From positions 1-58,550 of IMG/VR virus record IMGVR_UViG_3300007513_000047: a stretch of 58,550 nt of DNA; one strand, given 5' to 3'. How positions within the stretch are numbered: position 1 is the stretch's first letter; each line of letters starts with the position of its first letter. Shown in pieces: positions 45,525 to 56,185 of the stretch. Origin of the DNA: a virus (taxonomy: Duplodnaviria; Caudoviricetes). A program made the translations under genes and the position numbers. The notes under the pieces are model-generated. The model was not told where the DNA came from. It ran no database searches and saw only the letters and a list, made by a program, of their open reading frames with translations.

Positions 45525-46022
45525 TTAAAGGACTCTTTCCCAATGAGAATACTGGAATTCAACATCAAAGGTCTCCAATGCATCGACTGTCTCATATGAT
45601 AAGTCAATAGCACCTATAGAGGTTGGAAACATGTTAAAGAATTCGTATCTCGCAAGAACTGAGTCGTCTTTATTTAATTGTTCAACAAATGCTCTGTCTA
45701 CTAAGTAGTCTAATGAAGTCATACCTTCACCACTGTCTAATTCTTGGATATCTGTTTGCCAAGACTCTAAGGCAGTTCTTGATGAAAATTCTACATCATT
45801 AATAATCGTCACGGTCCAAGGTTCAAATGTTCTATCTCCTGCGAGTTTTAGAATATGTCCTCTGAACTGTTGTTCAACTACACCTACAGTAGCAGCAGGA
45901 ATTTGTGCAGACTGACATAAGAATTCAATCTTATTGCCTGTTCTAGGTATAAAAACTCTAAAACGGTTTGCTCTAGGGCCTCCGCCGAGTAATTGTGCTT
46001 TAAATTGGTCTATACTTGCCAT
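45525..46022 (-). CDS. 19: tail tube protein gp19
   Basis: GGPRANRF, AGDRTFEPWTVTIIND and FPTSIGAIDL. Confidence 0.95.
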   Translation of the reverse strand: MASIDQFKAQLLGGGPRANRFRVFIPRTGNKIEFLCQSAQIPAATVGVVEQQFRGHILKLAGDRTFEPWTVTIINDVEFSSRTALESWQTDIQELDSGEGMTSLDYLVDRAFVEQLNKDDSVLARYEFFNMFPTSIGAIDLSYETVDALETFDVEFQYSHWERVL

Positions 46023-46035
46023 TTACTTATACTCC

Positions 46036-48039
46036 TTAAACTGCGCCGTAAATTTCTTCGAACTGAACACCACTCTTAGCGGCGACAAAGTTCAATGTTA
46101 TGTAGTTAATTGATTTAGTTGGTTTCAAGAATATTGAACAAACGAATTCGTTTCTATCTTGAACAGCATCTGTATTGTTTGTTTCGTCACAAACAACTGA
46201 GAAGTCTATTAGACCTCTTCTGTTCTTAACATCTCTTAAGAAAGGTTCTACAGCAGCCCTAAATTGTGCCCTTGTAAATGAATCGTTGAATTCGAACAAT
46301 TGAGCCTTAGCGGCAGTTGAAATAGCCTTTTCTAAAGTGATGAATAATCTTCTTACATTGATTCTATCAAATGCAGAAGGTGAACTTAATGCAGTCTTGT
46401 CTCCAAATAGTACAGTTCCTTGTCCAGGAAATGTGACTATTGGGTTAATTCTTGCACGATACAAGTCATCTCTTGATGCCTGTTTCGGATTAAACGCAAG
46501 TTTAGTAATACCCATGTATTGTCCTCTTGCGAATCCAGCAGGTGAATACCATGGGTCTTGCAGTAAGTCTGCTCTTGCCATGATGCCTGCGGTGTGTCCG
46601 TTACCTGGAATCCAACAGTATTTGTCGTTGTATCTTTCGTATTGGTATACCCAACCACTATCTAGAACACAATATGAACTAGAAGTCACTGATGCGAAAT
46701 CTGCTTTAACATTAGTTGCCTGAGTTGATTCGGAAGATACATTTACTACGGATGCTCTTCTTGGCGAAGCAACTACCATGCAATCTTTTCTTGCTTCTGC
46801 AATTAAGATAGCACTGTTTACTATACTGTTATGGTCTGCAACTGTATCTTGTGCGGACTCTGAACCACCCCCAGCATCAGTAGATGTTGAACCTACGATG
46901 AGGAAAGAGATGTCGATTAACTCGCCATCTGCAAAGTGTTTATCCCATGCATCTGTTTTTTGACCAACAGTTGGGTTTGCCCTACCATCTGCACCACCAC
47001 TTAATGATGATAACTCAGGTAAAGCGGGTCTGCCAAACGCAGTTCCTACTGCGGTTGCCATTGTTCTATGTTCAGCAGCACTTGCCAACATTGCTGTTGA
47101 GTGTCCTGACCAATAGACATATTTTGAATCTCTTTCGATTACATCTCTATAATAATTAGAGTTACCAACACTGTCATTAGCGTCTGTAGCCAACGAGCAG
47201 AAACCATGAGCTTCTAATACTGTGCCCTTTGTACCTGTTATTGCACCGTCTTCGTCTATTACGACAACATGAACTTCGTCATTTACAGCGCCAATCAATG
47301 TTGCGTGAGCAGATGTTCCTGGTGCCTTGTCGAATAATGCGTAGTGTTCCCAATATCTGTCTACAGCTGAATTATCAGCGACAGCAGCTACTAGGCCTGT
47401 GCCAGCAGGTTGGTTTAAAGCTTCGATAGTTAAGTTATGAGAGGAAATTGCCGTAATCTTATATAGATTAGTGTGAGCTGCGAACTTAATGATATCTCCA
47501 ACAACAAACAAAGCGCCATTATCAACTGTGACAGTTGTTGCCCCAATTGCGTAATTTGAACTATTGTTTATTAAAGATGCGTTATCATTATAGTAAGCGT
47601 CACTAGATGCACAAACTGAAACTTTAAGAGAGTTTCCTAAAGTGCCTGCGAATCTAGATGTCCATTTTCCTACTGTACCTGCACTACCACCACTTTTGAA
47701 AGTATTTGTGTAATCATCAGAGTGTTTTAATAATGTTGCGCCGTTCCCACTAGCGTTAGCTGAGAATAATCCAGTGTTAGATATTCTTACAACACTTAAT
47801 GAAGAACCATATCTCAAGAAAGATTCTGCTGAATAGAAGTCTTCGGCTCCAGCGTCTGTATTAGCCGGTTGGAAAAATTCATCAACTAACTGTTGTCCGT
47901 CTGAAACTGTTTTTACTTCATCAACAGGACCCCATTGGAATAAGCCAGCGAAAGCCCCTCTTGTTGAGGATACTGCTGGGACAACATTCGATAAGTCAAT
48001 CTCTTTGACTTGAACGCCTGGTGAAACTTGAAATGCCAT
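46036..48039 (-). CDS. 18: tail sheath protein gp18
   Basis: SPGVQVKEIDL, WGP, PWYSPAG and FDRINVRRLF. Confidence 0.97.
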   Translation of the reverse strand: MAFQVSPGVQVKEIDLSNVVPAVSSTRGAFAGLFQWGPVDEVKTVSDGQQLVDEFFQPANTDAGAEDFYSAESFLRYGSSLSVVRISNTGLFSANASGNGATLLKHSDDYTNTFKSGGSAGTVGKWTSRFAGTLGNSLKVSVCASSDAYYNDNASLINNSSNYAIGATTVTVDNGALFVVGDIIKFAAHTNLYKITAISSHNLTIEALNQPAGTGLVAAVADNSAVDRYWEHYALFDKAPGTSAHATLIGAVNDEVHVVVIDEDGAITGTKGTVLEAHGFCSLATDANDSVGNSNYYRDVIERDSKYVYWSGHSTAMLASAAEHRTMATAVGTAFGRPALPELSSLSGGADGRANPTVGQKTDAWDKHFADGELIDISFLIVGSTSTDAGGGSESAQDTVADHNSIVNSAILIAEARKDCMVVASPRRASVVNVSSESTQATNVKADFASVTSSSYCVLDSGWVYQYERYNDKYCWIPGNGHTAGIMARADLLQDPWYSPAGFARGQYMGITKLAFNPKQASRDDLYRARINPIVTFPGQGTVLFGDKTALSSPSAFDRINVRRLFITLEKAISTAAKAQLFEFNDSFTRAQFRAAVEPFLRDVKNRRGLIDFSVVCDETNNTDAVQDRNEFVCSIFLKPTKSINYITLNFVAAKSGVQFEEIYGAV

Positions 48040-48116
48040 ACTTTTCTCCTGTTAATGTATTTTTACATTGTAAAAGTTGTTTACACTTTTATTTATATAT
48101 TTTATTTATCTAAGAA

Positions 48117-49703
48117 CTACTTTAAACCTTCTGTAGACCATAATTGTCCGTCTGCGTCCACAAATGTTTCATCGTTGTTCTGTTCCCCAAATACTCCTGC
48201 TGGTAACAAATCATCTTCTATCATTTTCTGTTGTTCAGAATATAATAAGTCCTTTACAGCAGTATCCGTTAAGTGTGTGAAAAATTCGGTGGTGACAAAC
48301 CATGCGAAAAGAACACAATTCATGACCATATCGTCATGATATCCTCTGTCTGCCTCGAATGACGACCCCTTATGAACAAATGTCATTAGTTCTGTTATTG
48401 TGGGTCTATCTACTACAACGAGTCTATTTTCTTCGAGAAGTTCTTTTAGAGTAGAACAACCTACTCTTTTAATCTTTCTCGACATCGTAATACCAATATC
48501 TTCTGCTTTTGTTAAACCTTGAGTGAAGACATTAGGGTATTCGATATCATAGTGTAATTGAGTAGCAACTAACGAACCTTCTGCGTTATTTTCTATAATA
48601 ACTAAAGATTCATTATATCTACTACAATACTTATTTATTAAATCCGGAAAGAGTAAAGGGCTAACCATATTGTCTCTAAATGTGCAAACTTGTTTAAAAG
48701 GTCTCATAGTGATATCAAATACACTAAATGTAGAGAAATCCATACCTCTCCCTTGCGAAACATCTACAGTTGTAATATAATTATGTCCTTCTTTTGGTTT
48801 CTCATAAACAGTTAAACCACCTCTTTTCCATTCTCCATCTAATGCCCTCATACCTAATAAGGTGTCTGCATTGATAAGTGTATTACCAGTACCTAAGAAA
48901 CTATTACCATACTCTTGTTCGAATTGTGCTTCTGAGGTATTTGCGATTGTTTGTTCTTTCCATTCTTCATCTCGACCTGGTACATCATACCAGTTTATTA
49001 CAAAATTTGCATATTCTGAATTGCCATGAACCGCACTTTCATATATCTTATGGAACATATTACCTACACCATTTGCAGTAGATGTAATAATAACTTTAGA
49101 ATCTTTACCAGATGTTACCACAGGATATGTCGCAGTATAGAATACTTCTGCATCTTCTACGAAAGCGAACTCATCTAGATACAACATATTGATTGACATA
49201 CCACGAATTGAACTTGAACTTGTTGCGGCCGCCACTAATTTACTATCATTACCAAACTCTATATTACCTTTATTCAGTATCTTTACGCCTGGTTGTAAGA
49301 AGAATGGCACGGTTTCCAACATGGTAACAATTCTGGCTACCATCTCCCTCGCAATCGCCCCTTTATTCGCTAAAATAGCCACAGTGACTTCTGGTGTAAA
49401 TAGAAGATACCATAGTAGATATGCACATGATGTTATTGATTTGCCTGACTGTCTAGCAGCTAATACAACACTAAATCTATTATCATCAAAGTGATGTACC
49501 AACTCCTCTTGATAACCACGAAGGTTAAAAGGCACAAGACCTTCATCTAGTGATATAATTTGTGTATAAGTTTCGATAAAATGGCAAGGGTCGTTGGTGC
49601 ATTTTTGATATTCTGCTATCTCTTCTTCGGTGTATTTGCTCTCTACACCTGCTCGTTTTATAAGGTTGTTTCCAAGATAACCTTCGTTTTTAGCTTTAAC
49701 CAT
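48117..49703 (-). CDS. 17: terminase large subunit gp17
   Basis: RQSGKS, LDEFAF, STANG and HDDMVM. Confidence 0.97.
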   Translation of the reverse strand: MVKAKNEGYLGNNLIKRAGVESKYTEEEIAEYQKCTNDPCHFIETYTQIISLDEGLVPFNLRGYQEELVHHFDDNRFSVVLAARQSGKSITSCAYLLWYLLFTPEVTVAILANKGAIAREMVARIVTMLETVPFFLQPGVKILNKGNIEFGNDSKLVAAATSSSSIRGMSINMLYLDEFAFVEDAEVFYTATYPVVTSGKDSKVIITSTANGVGNMFHKIYESAVHGNSEYANFVINWYDVPGRDEEWKEQTIANTSEAQFEQEYGNSFLGTGNTLINADTLLGMRALDGEWKRGGLTVYEKPKEGHNYITTVDVSQGRGMDFSTFSVFDITMRPFKQVCTFRDNMVSPLLFPDLINKYCSRYNESLVIIENNAEGSLVATQLHYDIEYPNVFTQGLTKAEDIGITMSRKIKRVGCSTLKELLEENRLVVVDRPTITELMTFVHKGSSFEADRGYHDDMVMNCVLFAWFVTTEFFTHLTDTAVKDLLYSEQQKMIEDDLLPAGVFGEQNNDETFVDADGQLWSTEGLK

Positions 49704-50101
49704 TATTTCTTTTTCTTTTCTTTCTTCAAGAACTTCTGCAACTCAGATGTTGAACCAACATATAAATGATTATGTTGTGTCCCAACTTTGGTGTCTTCGC
49801 CTTCTAACTTCTTCAATTTTTGTTGAAGGTCTATTAACTTCTCTGCTGTTTCTCCAACAGTTTTAATTAATTGGCCTGCGACTTCGTATGCACGAGGATG
49901 TTCCGTTTCTTTTGAAAGTTGTAATATACCATCTATGGCATCTTGACCTCGTTCTACTAGGTCATAAAGGTTTTCTCTGGCGTATCGATAGTCTGTTTCC
50001 ATATTCTCATGTCGAGAAGGAAGTTTAACTACTTGTGTTTCTTTTTTAATATCAGATGAGATATTTAGAATATCATCCAATTTCTGGTCTATTTCGTTCA
50101 T
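49703..50101 (-). CDS. 16: terminase small subunit gp16
   Basis: DYRYARENL, HPRAYEVAGQLIK and VGSTSELQK. Confidence 0.93.
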   Translation of the reverse strand: MNEIDQKLDDILNISSDIKKETQVVKLPSRHENMETDYRYARENLYDLVERGQDAIDGILQLSKETEHPRAYEVAGQLIKTVGETAEKLIDLQQKLKKLEGEDTKVGTQHNHLYVGSTSELQKFLKKEKKKK

Positions 50102-50103
50102 AA

Positions 50104-51138
50104 TTAAGTATTGTCTTCATCAGCAAAAGTATATCTTGCTCCATCATCATAATATGTCACATTTTCTGCAACAACAAATGTATCTGCTGGGTCTACTGAA
50201 CCAACAAATTTAAGTAGTGTGTTTGCATCAACTGTTATAGCAGCTGATAATACCATTGATAATTTGTTAGCGTGAATAGATGCAATGGTTGGATTAGTTG
50301 ATAAGTTTGTTCCAAACACCTCGTCTGCAACACTTATCTTACTGTTTATTGCAGTTGCAAAGGTTACCGTAGTTGAATTGGATACTGCATTACATCTTTC
50401 TCCAAATGCAGGTTCATAGTGTTTAACTTCTTTAATTAGACCAGCGGCAGTTATCTCAGATGTTGAAAATGCAGTTTGTCCATCTCCAAGATAAGTTCTT
50501 TCAATAACATTCTTAATAATATTACCAGTGTATACAGGTCCAAAGAAGTATGTTTTCATTGTAAAGTCTAAAGTGTATTCTATAATTCTTCTATCTTCGA
50601 ATGAACCTTCATAATCATCTTGAAAAGATACACTATTTAAAATGACAGGTACATCTCTATTATCAGGCATTGAATCTACCATTTTCATTGTGACTGTATA
50701 TTCTGGTTGAAAGTATGGAAGAATCTGTTCTACTATCTGTAATGCATCATTCATATTCTTTGTTAGAATAGATAATGTAAAGTTTAAATTGTATGGTGCT
50801 GGGTTGTATTGAAAACCTCTCTTACCATCTGCCTCATAAGTAGACTTTGCGGCTCTTATAAGTTTATTCTGTTGTCTTTCTCTATCATATTCAAAACCTG
50901 TAAGTTCAAATGCCATACGAGGTAATGATATTGCACTTCTATTTTTATCTGATAAATTAGGTTCTTCTGCGATTCTATCTAAAAACTTTTGTTTAGGTCC
51001 ATATGATAACGGAACAATAGGAGAAGTCAAAACAGTTCCATCTGCTTTGACCTTCTTATATTGTATATTATTAAACAAGGTACCAAATACTGATACGCAC
51101 CGTTTAATAGTTTCATTATAGAAATATGTTCCGAACAT
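50104..51138 (-). CDS. 15: tail sheath stabiliser gp15
   Basis: FGTLFNNI, PLSYGPKQKF, LPRMAFE and QIVEQILPYFQP. Confidence 0.93.
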   Translation of the reverse strand: MFGTYFYNETIKRCVSVFGTLFNNIQYKKVKADGTVLTSPIVPLSYGPKQKFLDRIAEEPNLSDKNRSAISLPRMAFELTGFEYDRERQQNKLIRAAKSTYEADGKRGFQYNPAPYNLNFTLSILTKNMNDALQIVEQILPYFQPEYTVTMKMVDSMPDNRDVPVILNSVSFQDDYEGSFEDRRIIEYTLDFTMKTYFFGPVYTGNIIKNVIERTYLGDGQTAFSTSEITAAGLIKEVKHYEPAFGERCNAVSNSTTVTFATAINSKISVADEVFGTNLSTNPTIASIHANKLSMVLSAAITVDANTLLKFVGSVDPADTFVVAENVTYYDDGARYTFADEDNT

Positions 51139-51353
51139 TATGCATTGTCCTCTACATATTGTTTTATATCTCCAACAGTAAATATGTTTTCTGCATCTTC
51201 ATCAGGTACAGATATACCATATTCTTCTTCTACTGCCATTACCAATTCTACAACATGAAGAGAGTCAGCTCCCAAGTCTTCGACTAGTTTACATTCATCT
51301 CTTACTGCATCTTGGTCTATATTAAGAGTATTTGCTATTATTTTTTCTATCAT
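51138..51353 (-). CDS. acpP: acyl carrier protein
   Basis: DLGADSLHVVELVMAVEEEYGISVPDEDAE (phosphopantetheine Ser in DSL). Confidence 0.93.
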   Translation of the reverse strand: MIEKIIANTLNIDQDAVRDECKLVEDLGADSLHVVELVMAVEEEYGISVPDEDAENIFTVGDIKQYVEDNA

Positions 51354-52207
51354 TATGGTTCTCCAAACGGATTAACTTCACTTAAATCTAGATACGATGT
51401 ATCTTTCTGTTCAAATTCTAAGTTCTGAGCAGCCGCATCATTAGAGAATGTCATTCTATCATCTATTGATGTTATTGTAAATTGTGCGCCTGAAACAGCA
51501 CCAACTAATACATCGTTCACTTCTAGGGTTGTTGTTATGTCTTTAGCGAGTAGTTTACTAGTAGGTTGATGCCATGATACTGCTTCTGCAACAACTGTGC
51601 TACCTATCTTTATATCCTCATTAGCAACATAATCTTTATTATTTCCACTACCCATTGTCATACTTAATGAGTATGCTTGTTCGTCTTCTATCAAGTCTAT
51701 ATCTGCAATACCTGTATCGAAATCTTCTTGACCGTATTCGTAGAGTTCACATCTAAGTTTAAATACAAATAGTTTACCAACTTGATAGAATGGGTCTTCA
51801 TGTTCTACAAATTTGATTTCAAACATTGAACCACTTAAAGGGAAATAAACTAAATCTCCTTCATTGGGTCTGAATGATGTTGCAAGGTTTGAGTCTAGGG
51901 AAATGAATCTTTCCCAACTTCTTAGTGATATGACAAATGTTGCTTGGTCTCTAACTTGAACACCAAACTTGGACATAAGGTCTCCTTCTCCTTCGAAACC
52001 TTCTGCATTTTCTATATACATTTCAACCGAATACGCATCACCAAACTTAGACTGAACATCTTCGTTCAGTATAGTATCTTCTTCTATTATCTGCCTTGGC
52101 AAATAATAAGTTTCGTGACCATAAATCCTTAAAGACTCAACTACTAAATCTTCGTATAGTTGTTGTTCCGTTGAGACTGCATGGTTGAAAAAAACATTAG
52201 TAGGCAT
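51353..52207 (-). CDS. 14: neck protein gp14
   Basis: YYLPR, SKFG, RPNEGDLVYFP and PFYQVGK. Confidence 0.93.
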   Translation of the reverse strand: MPTNVFFNHAVSTEQQLYEDLVVESLRIYGHETYYLPRQIIEEDTILNEDVQSKFGDAYSVEMYIENAEGFEGEGDLMSKFGVQVRDQATFVISLRSWERFISLDSNLATSFRPNEGDLVYFPLSGSMFEIKFVEHEDPFYQVGKLFVFKLRCELYEYGQEDFDTGIADIDLIEDEQAYSLSMTMGSGNNKDYVANEDIKIGSTVVAEAVSWHQPTSKLLAKDITTTLEVNDVLVGAVSGAQFTITSIDDRMTFSNDAAAQNLEFEQKDTSYLDLSEVNPFGEP

Positions 52208-52213
52208 ATCTCA

Positions 52214-53029
52214 TTATCCAATCATATCCATAGGTAACATGTCATGATTTAATCTTGACTCTTCTTCAAGTCGTTGTATTTCTTCTTGTGCTTCTTGTTT
52301 CATCTGAGTTCCATCAAGAGTCACTCCTCCAGGCAATGCAATACCTTGGAACTTAGATAAGTTTTCTCCCCATTGGTATTTGCATAATGCGGTTGCATAT
52401 TTTTTTAACCACATATCATTATAGATATCAGTAAAATCTGTAGGGTCTAGTTTTCTATAACATTCTATGATTAAGTGTTCGTCTTCGTATATACTATCTA
52501 CATCCATATCTAAATACAATCTATTCATATGTTGATTAAATCTTAGTGGTGTTCTACCAACTAATACATGTTGCATTAAAGATAATTGTTGTTGAACTTG
52601 TTCGTAGTATAGAATGTTGGTTGATGTTAAACTATATAAATCGTTTAATCTTATTTGGTATCTCATATCAAACATGTTAAGATTACTCTTATCATTGAAT
52701 GGGAATATGTTCTGCACTGCGAGAACGAAATCTGGTAATACGATATAGTTCTTTTGTTGTTTAACAACTTCATTAGCATAGTCATGATTTCCAGCGGCAT
52801 TCTCTGTGAATGACTCGTCTGTTTTCATAGTGGTAGTTTTATTAGCAGTTATCTTATGTTTTAGATAAGTCTTTATACTACCATCGTAATGATAATTATG
52901 AAAATACTGTAGCGCCTCATCTATTCTATCATCGAATTGGTCGTCATCGATGTTTATTTCTAGAACAGGTGCACCCAGCCGTCTCTTGATGTATTCTTTT
53001 AAAGTTGCTTTACTGTTCGGTGATGCCAT
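52214..53029 (-). CDS. 13: neck protein gp13
   Basis: RLGAPVLEINI, WLKKYATAL and QWGENLSKF.GI.LPGGV. Confidence 0.94.
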   Translation of the reverse strand: MASPNSKATLKEYIKRRLGAPVLEINIDDDQFDDRIDEALQYFHNYHYDGSIKTYLKHKITANKTTTMKTDESFTENAAGNHDYANEVVKQQKNYIVLPDFVLAVQNIFPFNDKSNLNMFDMRYQIRLNDLYSLTSTNILYYEQVQQQLSLMQHVLVGRTPLRFNQHMNRLYLDMDVDSIYEDEHLIIECYRKLDPTDFTDIYNDMWLKKYATALCKYQWGENLSKFQGIALPGGVTLDGTQMKQEAQEEIQRLEEESRLNHDMLPMDMIG

Positions 53030-53067
53030 AATAGTAGTTCCTGTTTATACTACTATTTATAGTAATT

Positions 53068-53337
53068 TTAATCTTGGAAATAAGTTTTTGTCTGGAGTCT
53101 GTCTATCTTCTCATCTATTCGTTCTATAGAATCGATAATTCTTTGAAAAGTTTGTTCCATCTGTTCTCTGGTAACATAGTCTCTTGCGACTTCTTCTCTT
53201 GTTTTATTAATTAATATATCTATTCTTTTTTGTTCAGCGAAAATGCTTCTAATTAACCATCCACCAGGTATTACTATAACAGTAAGAACCAGGTTCCATA
53301 GCATATGCGGATCCATTGATATTGTAGCGATTTCCAT
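53068..53337 (-). CDS. single-TM coiled-coil protein
   Basis: LWNLVLTVIVIPGGW...LINKTREEVARDYVT...IDEKIDRL. Confidence 0.7.
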   Translation of the reverse strand: MEIATISMDPHMLWNLVLTVIVIPGGWLIRSIFAEQKRIDILINKTREEVARDYVTREQMEQTFQRIIDSIERIDEKIDRLQTKTYFQD

Positions 53338-53345
53338 ACATATAT

Positions 53346-54059
53346 TTAGTAAATGTAGTTGCCGTCTTCATCTATATGCCATATGTTATCTAGATTTTTT
53401 ATATCATCTCTATGAAAGCTATCTTCGTTTTTTCCTAGTGTATAATTTCTCATTCTGACTTGCATATTAAAGGATATACTGTATCTTTCTTTATCAGTTA
53501 AGTTTGGTGCGACCATATGCATAGCAGCACTAGGAAACATTAACAAGTCTCCTGTTCTAGGTGTTATTCTGACATTATCATGCAGTCTTGGAGCGGCGGG
53601 CATATCAGATACAACCTTAGGGTCTTTATCAACAAACACTATGTCTCCTTCATCTCCATCGGCCCTTATATACATAGCACCAGAATAGAAACAACCGTTG
53701 TGTAAATGTGGAGAATTCCATGCACCGAAACCATTAATGTTTCCCCATGAGTTATGAAATTCTATATCAAAAGAATCTTTCTTAACACCCATGAATGGCA
53801 TAATTTCATCTCTCATCACCCTCTTTATTTGTCTTACTGCACCAATGAATATAGGATTAGTTTCTAAACCATCATTTGATTGCCAACTAGTATTTTCTTG
53901 ATTAGATAAAAATCTTCCTTCATCTCTTTTTCTTATTGCGTCCATCTCATCTCTCAACAGACCAAAATACTCTTCGGTCATAGTTGAACACCTATCTTTC
54001 TCTTCATGTAAAAAAGATTTATGAAATAGATAAGTTGGAAACATTAGTCTAACTGCCAT
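53346..54059 (-). CDS. 2OG-Fe(II) oxygenase-like protein (TIGR02466 type)
   Basis: SWGNIN, HLH, SGAMY, FPSAAMHMV and RYSISFN. Confidence 0.85.
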   Translation of the reverse strand: MAVRLMFPTYLFHKSFLHEEKDRCSTMTEEYFGLLRDEMDAIRKRDEGRFLSNQENTSWQSNDGLETNPIFIGAVRQIKRVMRDEIMPFMGVKKDSFDIEFHNSWGNINGFGAWNSPHLHNGCFYSGAMYIRADGDEGDIVFVDKDPKVVSDMPAAPRLHDNVRITPRTGDLLMFPSAAMHMVAPNLTDKERYSISFNMQVRMRNYTLGKNEDSFHRDDIKNLDNIWHIDEDGNYIY

Positions 54060-54910
54060 TACTTCTCCTCATCTGTTATGTGTGCAGGACATTCTGGTGG
54101 CGGTTTATCTTCTTTAAAGTATTGTCCTTTCTCTTTCCAATAACCTTCTAATCTATATGGACCCAATTTCTTCGAATCACTATTTTTATATTCATCGTAC
54201 ATTTTTCTTCCTTGTTCGTCCATTCCAGGCATGTCTGCATGTCTTGTATATTCACTTCTGTTTTCATGCCACACCTTAGCGTCTTTTAATTGATATGTTG
54301 CAGTCCATTTTTCCCTCTTGAAAGGAATCACTTGAACGAGAGGCGTGCCTTTCGGTATAGTAAATGAATGTTCTACTTTAGGATAGAATATGATTTGCGA
54401 ATTATCCAAATTTGTGTTAAACTTATCTGTATCTATAACACCTTGCCAAACTGCAAAATAATCATTTTGAAATAGAAAAGGGTCTAAGTAGAAACAAGAA
54501 TAATCTGTTGGTGTAATAATGTTCCATGCATTTCTCATTTTAAACGCATCTTTAACATGACCTTTACCATTCTTTATATAATCAAATGCATTATCAAACT
54601 GTTCAGATGGATGTGTCGGAGAACCATAGCCTGAATCTGTTGGGTCTTTTGTTGTAAAATTCTCATTCGACAAACCATCTCTATCTTGTCCAACTAAAAC
54701 TTCCATATCTCTATTTGCGAGAATATACCAACCAGACTTTAACCAATCGTCCATAGCTGGACATGCACGAATAGTTTGAGTTCTTCTACCTCTTACTGCT
54801 TGGAAGATTTTCATTTTCTTCCACCAGTCTGGCATAATAGATTTAGCCAGAATAGGTTTAAAATCCCTTATCGTGTTGTCATTAAATGTAGTGAAGTCTA
54901 TCGTTGGCAT
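54059..54910 (-). CDS. beta-rich hypothetical protein (DUF6065-like) in the oxygenase cluster
   Basis: PDWWK...TIRACPAMDDWLKSGW...GVIDTD...IPKGTPLVQVIPFKRE. Confidence 0.6.
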   Translation of the reverse strand: MPTIDFTTFNDNTIRDFKPILAKSIMPDWWKKMKIFQAVRGRRTQTIRACPAMDDWLKSGWYILANRDMEVLVGQDRDGLSNENFTTKDPTDSGYGSPTHPSEQFDNAFDYIKNGKGHVKDAFKMRNAWNIITPTDYSCFYLDPFLFQNDYFAVWQGVIDTDKFNTNLDNSQIIFYPKVEHSFTIPKGTPLVQVIPFKREKWTATYQLKDAKVWHENRSEYTRHADMPGMDEQGRKMYDEYKNSDSKKLGPYRLEGYWKEKGQYFKEDKPPPECPAHITDEEK

Positions 54911-55616
54911 TATAAAACTCTTCTTTTTCTACTAGTTCTATTTCATCTCCTCTTAGAACTACTGAGCGTCTATCCATGTATCTCGCTCTTTCTGTTGGTG
55001 CATCTGCACCGTGTGGTATTCTTCCGTCAAACATTAACAATCGATTCGGAACAAACTCAATGTTTCCGATTTCATGATTCTTAATGTGTTCGTTTCTACC
55101 ATCTAAACCTTGTTGTGGTTCATCATATATTCTTAAATTACCACCCCATTTCTTTTCCCAAAATGTATTATAATAATATAAGAATGAGAGATTCCAATCA
55201 TCATCTTCAGCACAATCACTATGAGTTGTTCCATGCTGACCATATGTTTGAGAATTTAGTCCCATATATTGAAATCTTTTCCATTTGAATCCAAAATCAG
55301 TACATATTCTTCTATTCAACCATCGAGCAGGAATAGATTGTAATGCATCAACACAAACTGAATCTCTTTCAACTACACCATTCTCTACTCGAAAAAATGA
55401 TGCACCCCAAAATGAATGATGTGGTAATCCTGTTCTACTGTGACCTTGTACTGAATTTGTTTTAGACCATATTGCATTATTGGTAAACTTATTATTAATC
55501 CAATAGTGTAGACTCGTTTCTAGATAGTTGTCTATTACATAAATTTTATTTCTTATGGGAAAGTCAACCAATCGAAACGGCTTATCTAGATAGATAATCT
55601 CAAGGTCTTCAAACAT
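54882..55616 (-). CDS. 2OG-Fe(II) oxygenase (prolyl-hydroxylase-like)
   Basis: HSD, LYYYNTFWEKKWGG and PNRLLMFDGRIPHGA..R. Confidence 0.85.
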   Translation of the reverse strand: MFEDLEIIYLDKPFRLVDFPIRNKIYVIDNYLETSLHYWINNKFTNNAIWSKTNSVQGHSRTGLPHHSFWGASFFRVENGVVERDSVCVDALQSIPARWLNRRICTDFGFKWKRFQYMGLNSQTYGQHGTTHSDCAEDDDWNLSFLYYYNTFWEKKWGGNLRIYDEPQQGLDGRNEHIKNHEIGNIEFVPNRLLMFDGRIPHGADAPTERARYMDRRSVVLRGDEIELVEKEEFYNANDRLHYI

Positions 55617-55620
55617 GTTT

Positions 55621-56172
55621 TTAACCTATTAAAGCTTTCTGTGGTGAAGGAATCTGGTTTGAGTAATCTTCGAACTCTCTTAGAGTGTCTTCTCTAGTGT
55701 TTCTAATTTCTTCAACCACATTCAAGTAAACATTCCATACTGCATCATAATATTCTAATACTCTTCTAGCATCTGACCTTAAGGGGTGGTTTGAACCTTC
55801 TCTGCCGGCGGCAACTACATCCATGATGTTTTGAAATCCATAAGAATCGGATTGATCCATGATATAACCTTCACACATGTTTTGCAGTTGTCCACTAAAT
55901 TGATTTTGTAGACTTACTCCTTCTGGTGGAGCTGAATTAGATATGTATGTTTCAATCGCATCAATTTCAGAATCAACTAAGTTAATCTTCTCTTGGTCAT
56001 CAAACTGTTTAGTTTCGTCCCATTTTAAAATTTTAACTTCAATATCATCATAAACCAATACATCAAATTCAAAACCTAATTCTGGTTTATCTGTGTTCTC
56101 GAACCTGTATTCGAGTCCGTTTGGTTTTCTAACAGTAAGATTTCCATTTTCACAATAAATTAAAGCATTCAT
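55621..56172 (-). CDS. hypothetical protein, possibly a fibre-assembly chaperone
   Basis: 183-aa acidic ORF with GGAG SD; the function is a guess from context. Confidence 0.55.
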   Translation of the reverse strand: MNALIYCENGNLTVRKPNGLEYRFENTDKPELGFEFDVLVYDDIEVKILKWDETKQFDDQEKINLVDSEIDAIETYISNSAPPEGVSLQNQFSGQLQNMCEGYIMDQSDSYGFQNIMDVVAAGREGSNHPLRSDARRVLEYYDAVWNVYLNVVEEIRNTREDTLREFEDYSNQIPSPQKALIG

Positions 56173-56185
56173 AATTTCTCCATTA

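Noticed and set aside
586-55084. Most plus-strand ORFs in the track (e.g. 977-1345, 2402-2836, 15822-16196, 40517-40912, 46337-46723)
   Set aside because: They are antisense shadows of well-identified minus-strand genes with no recognisable motifs. Only 12084-12365 is kept as a candidate.
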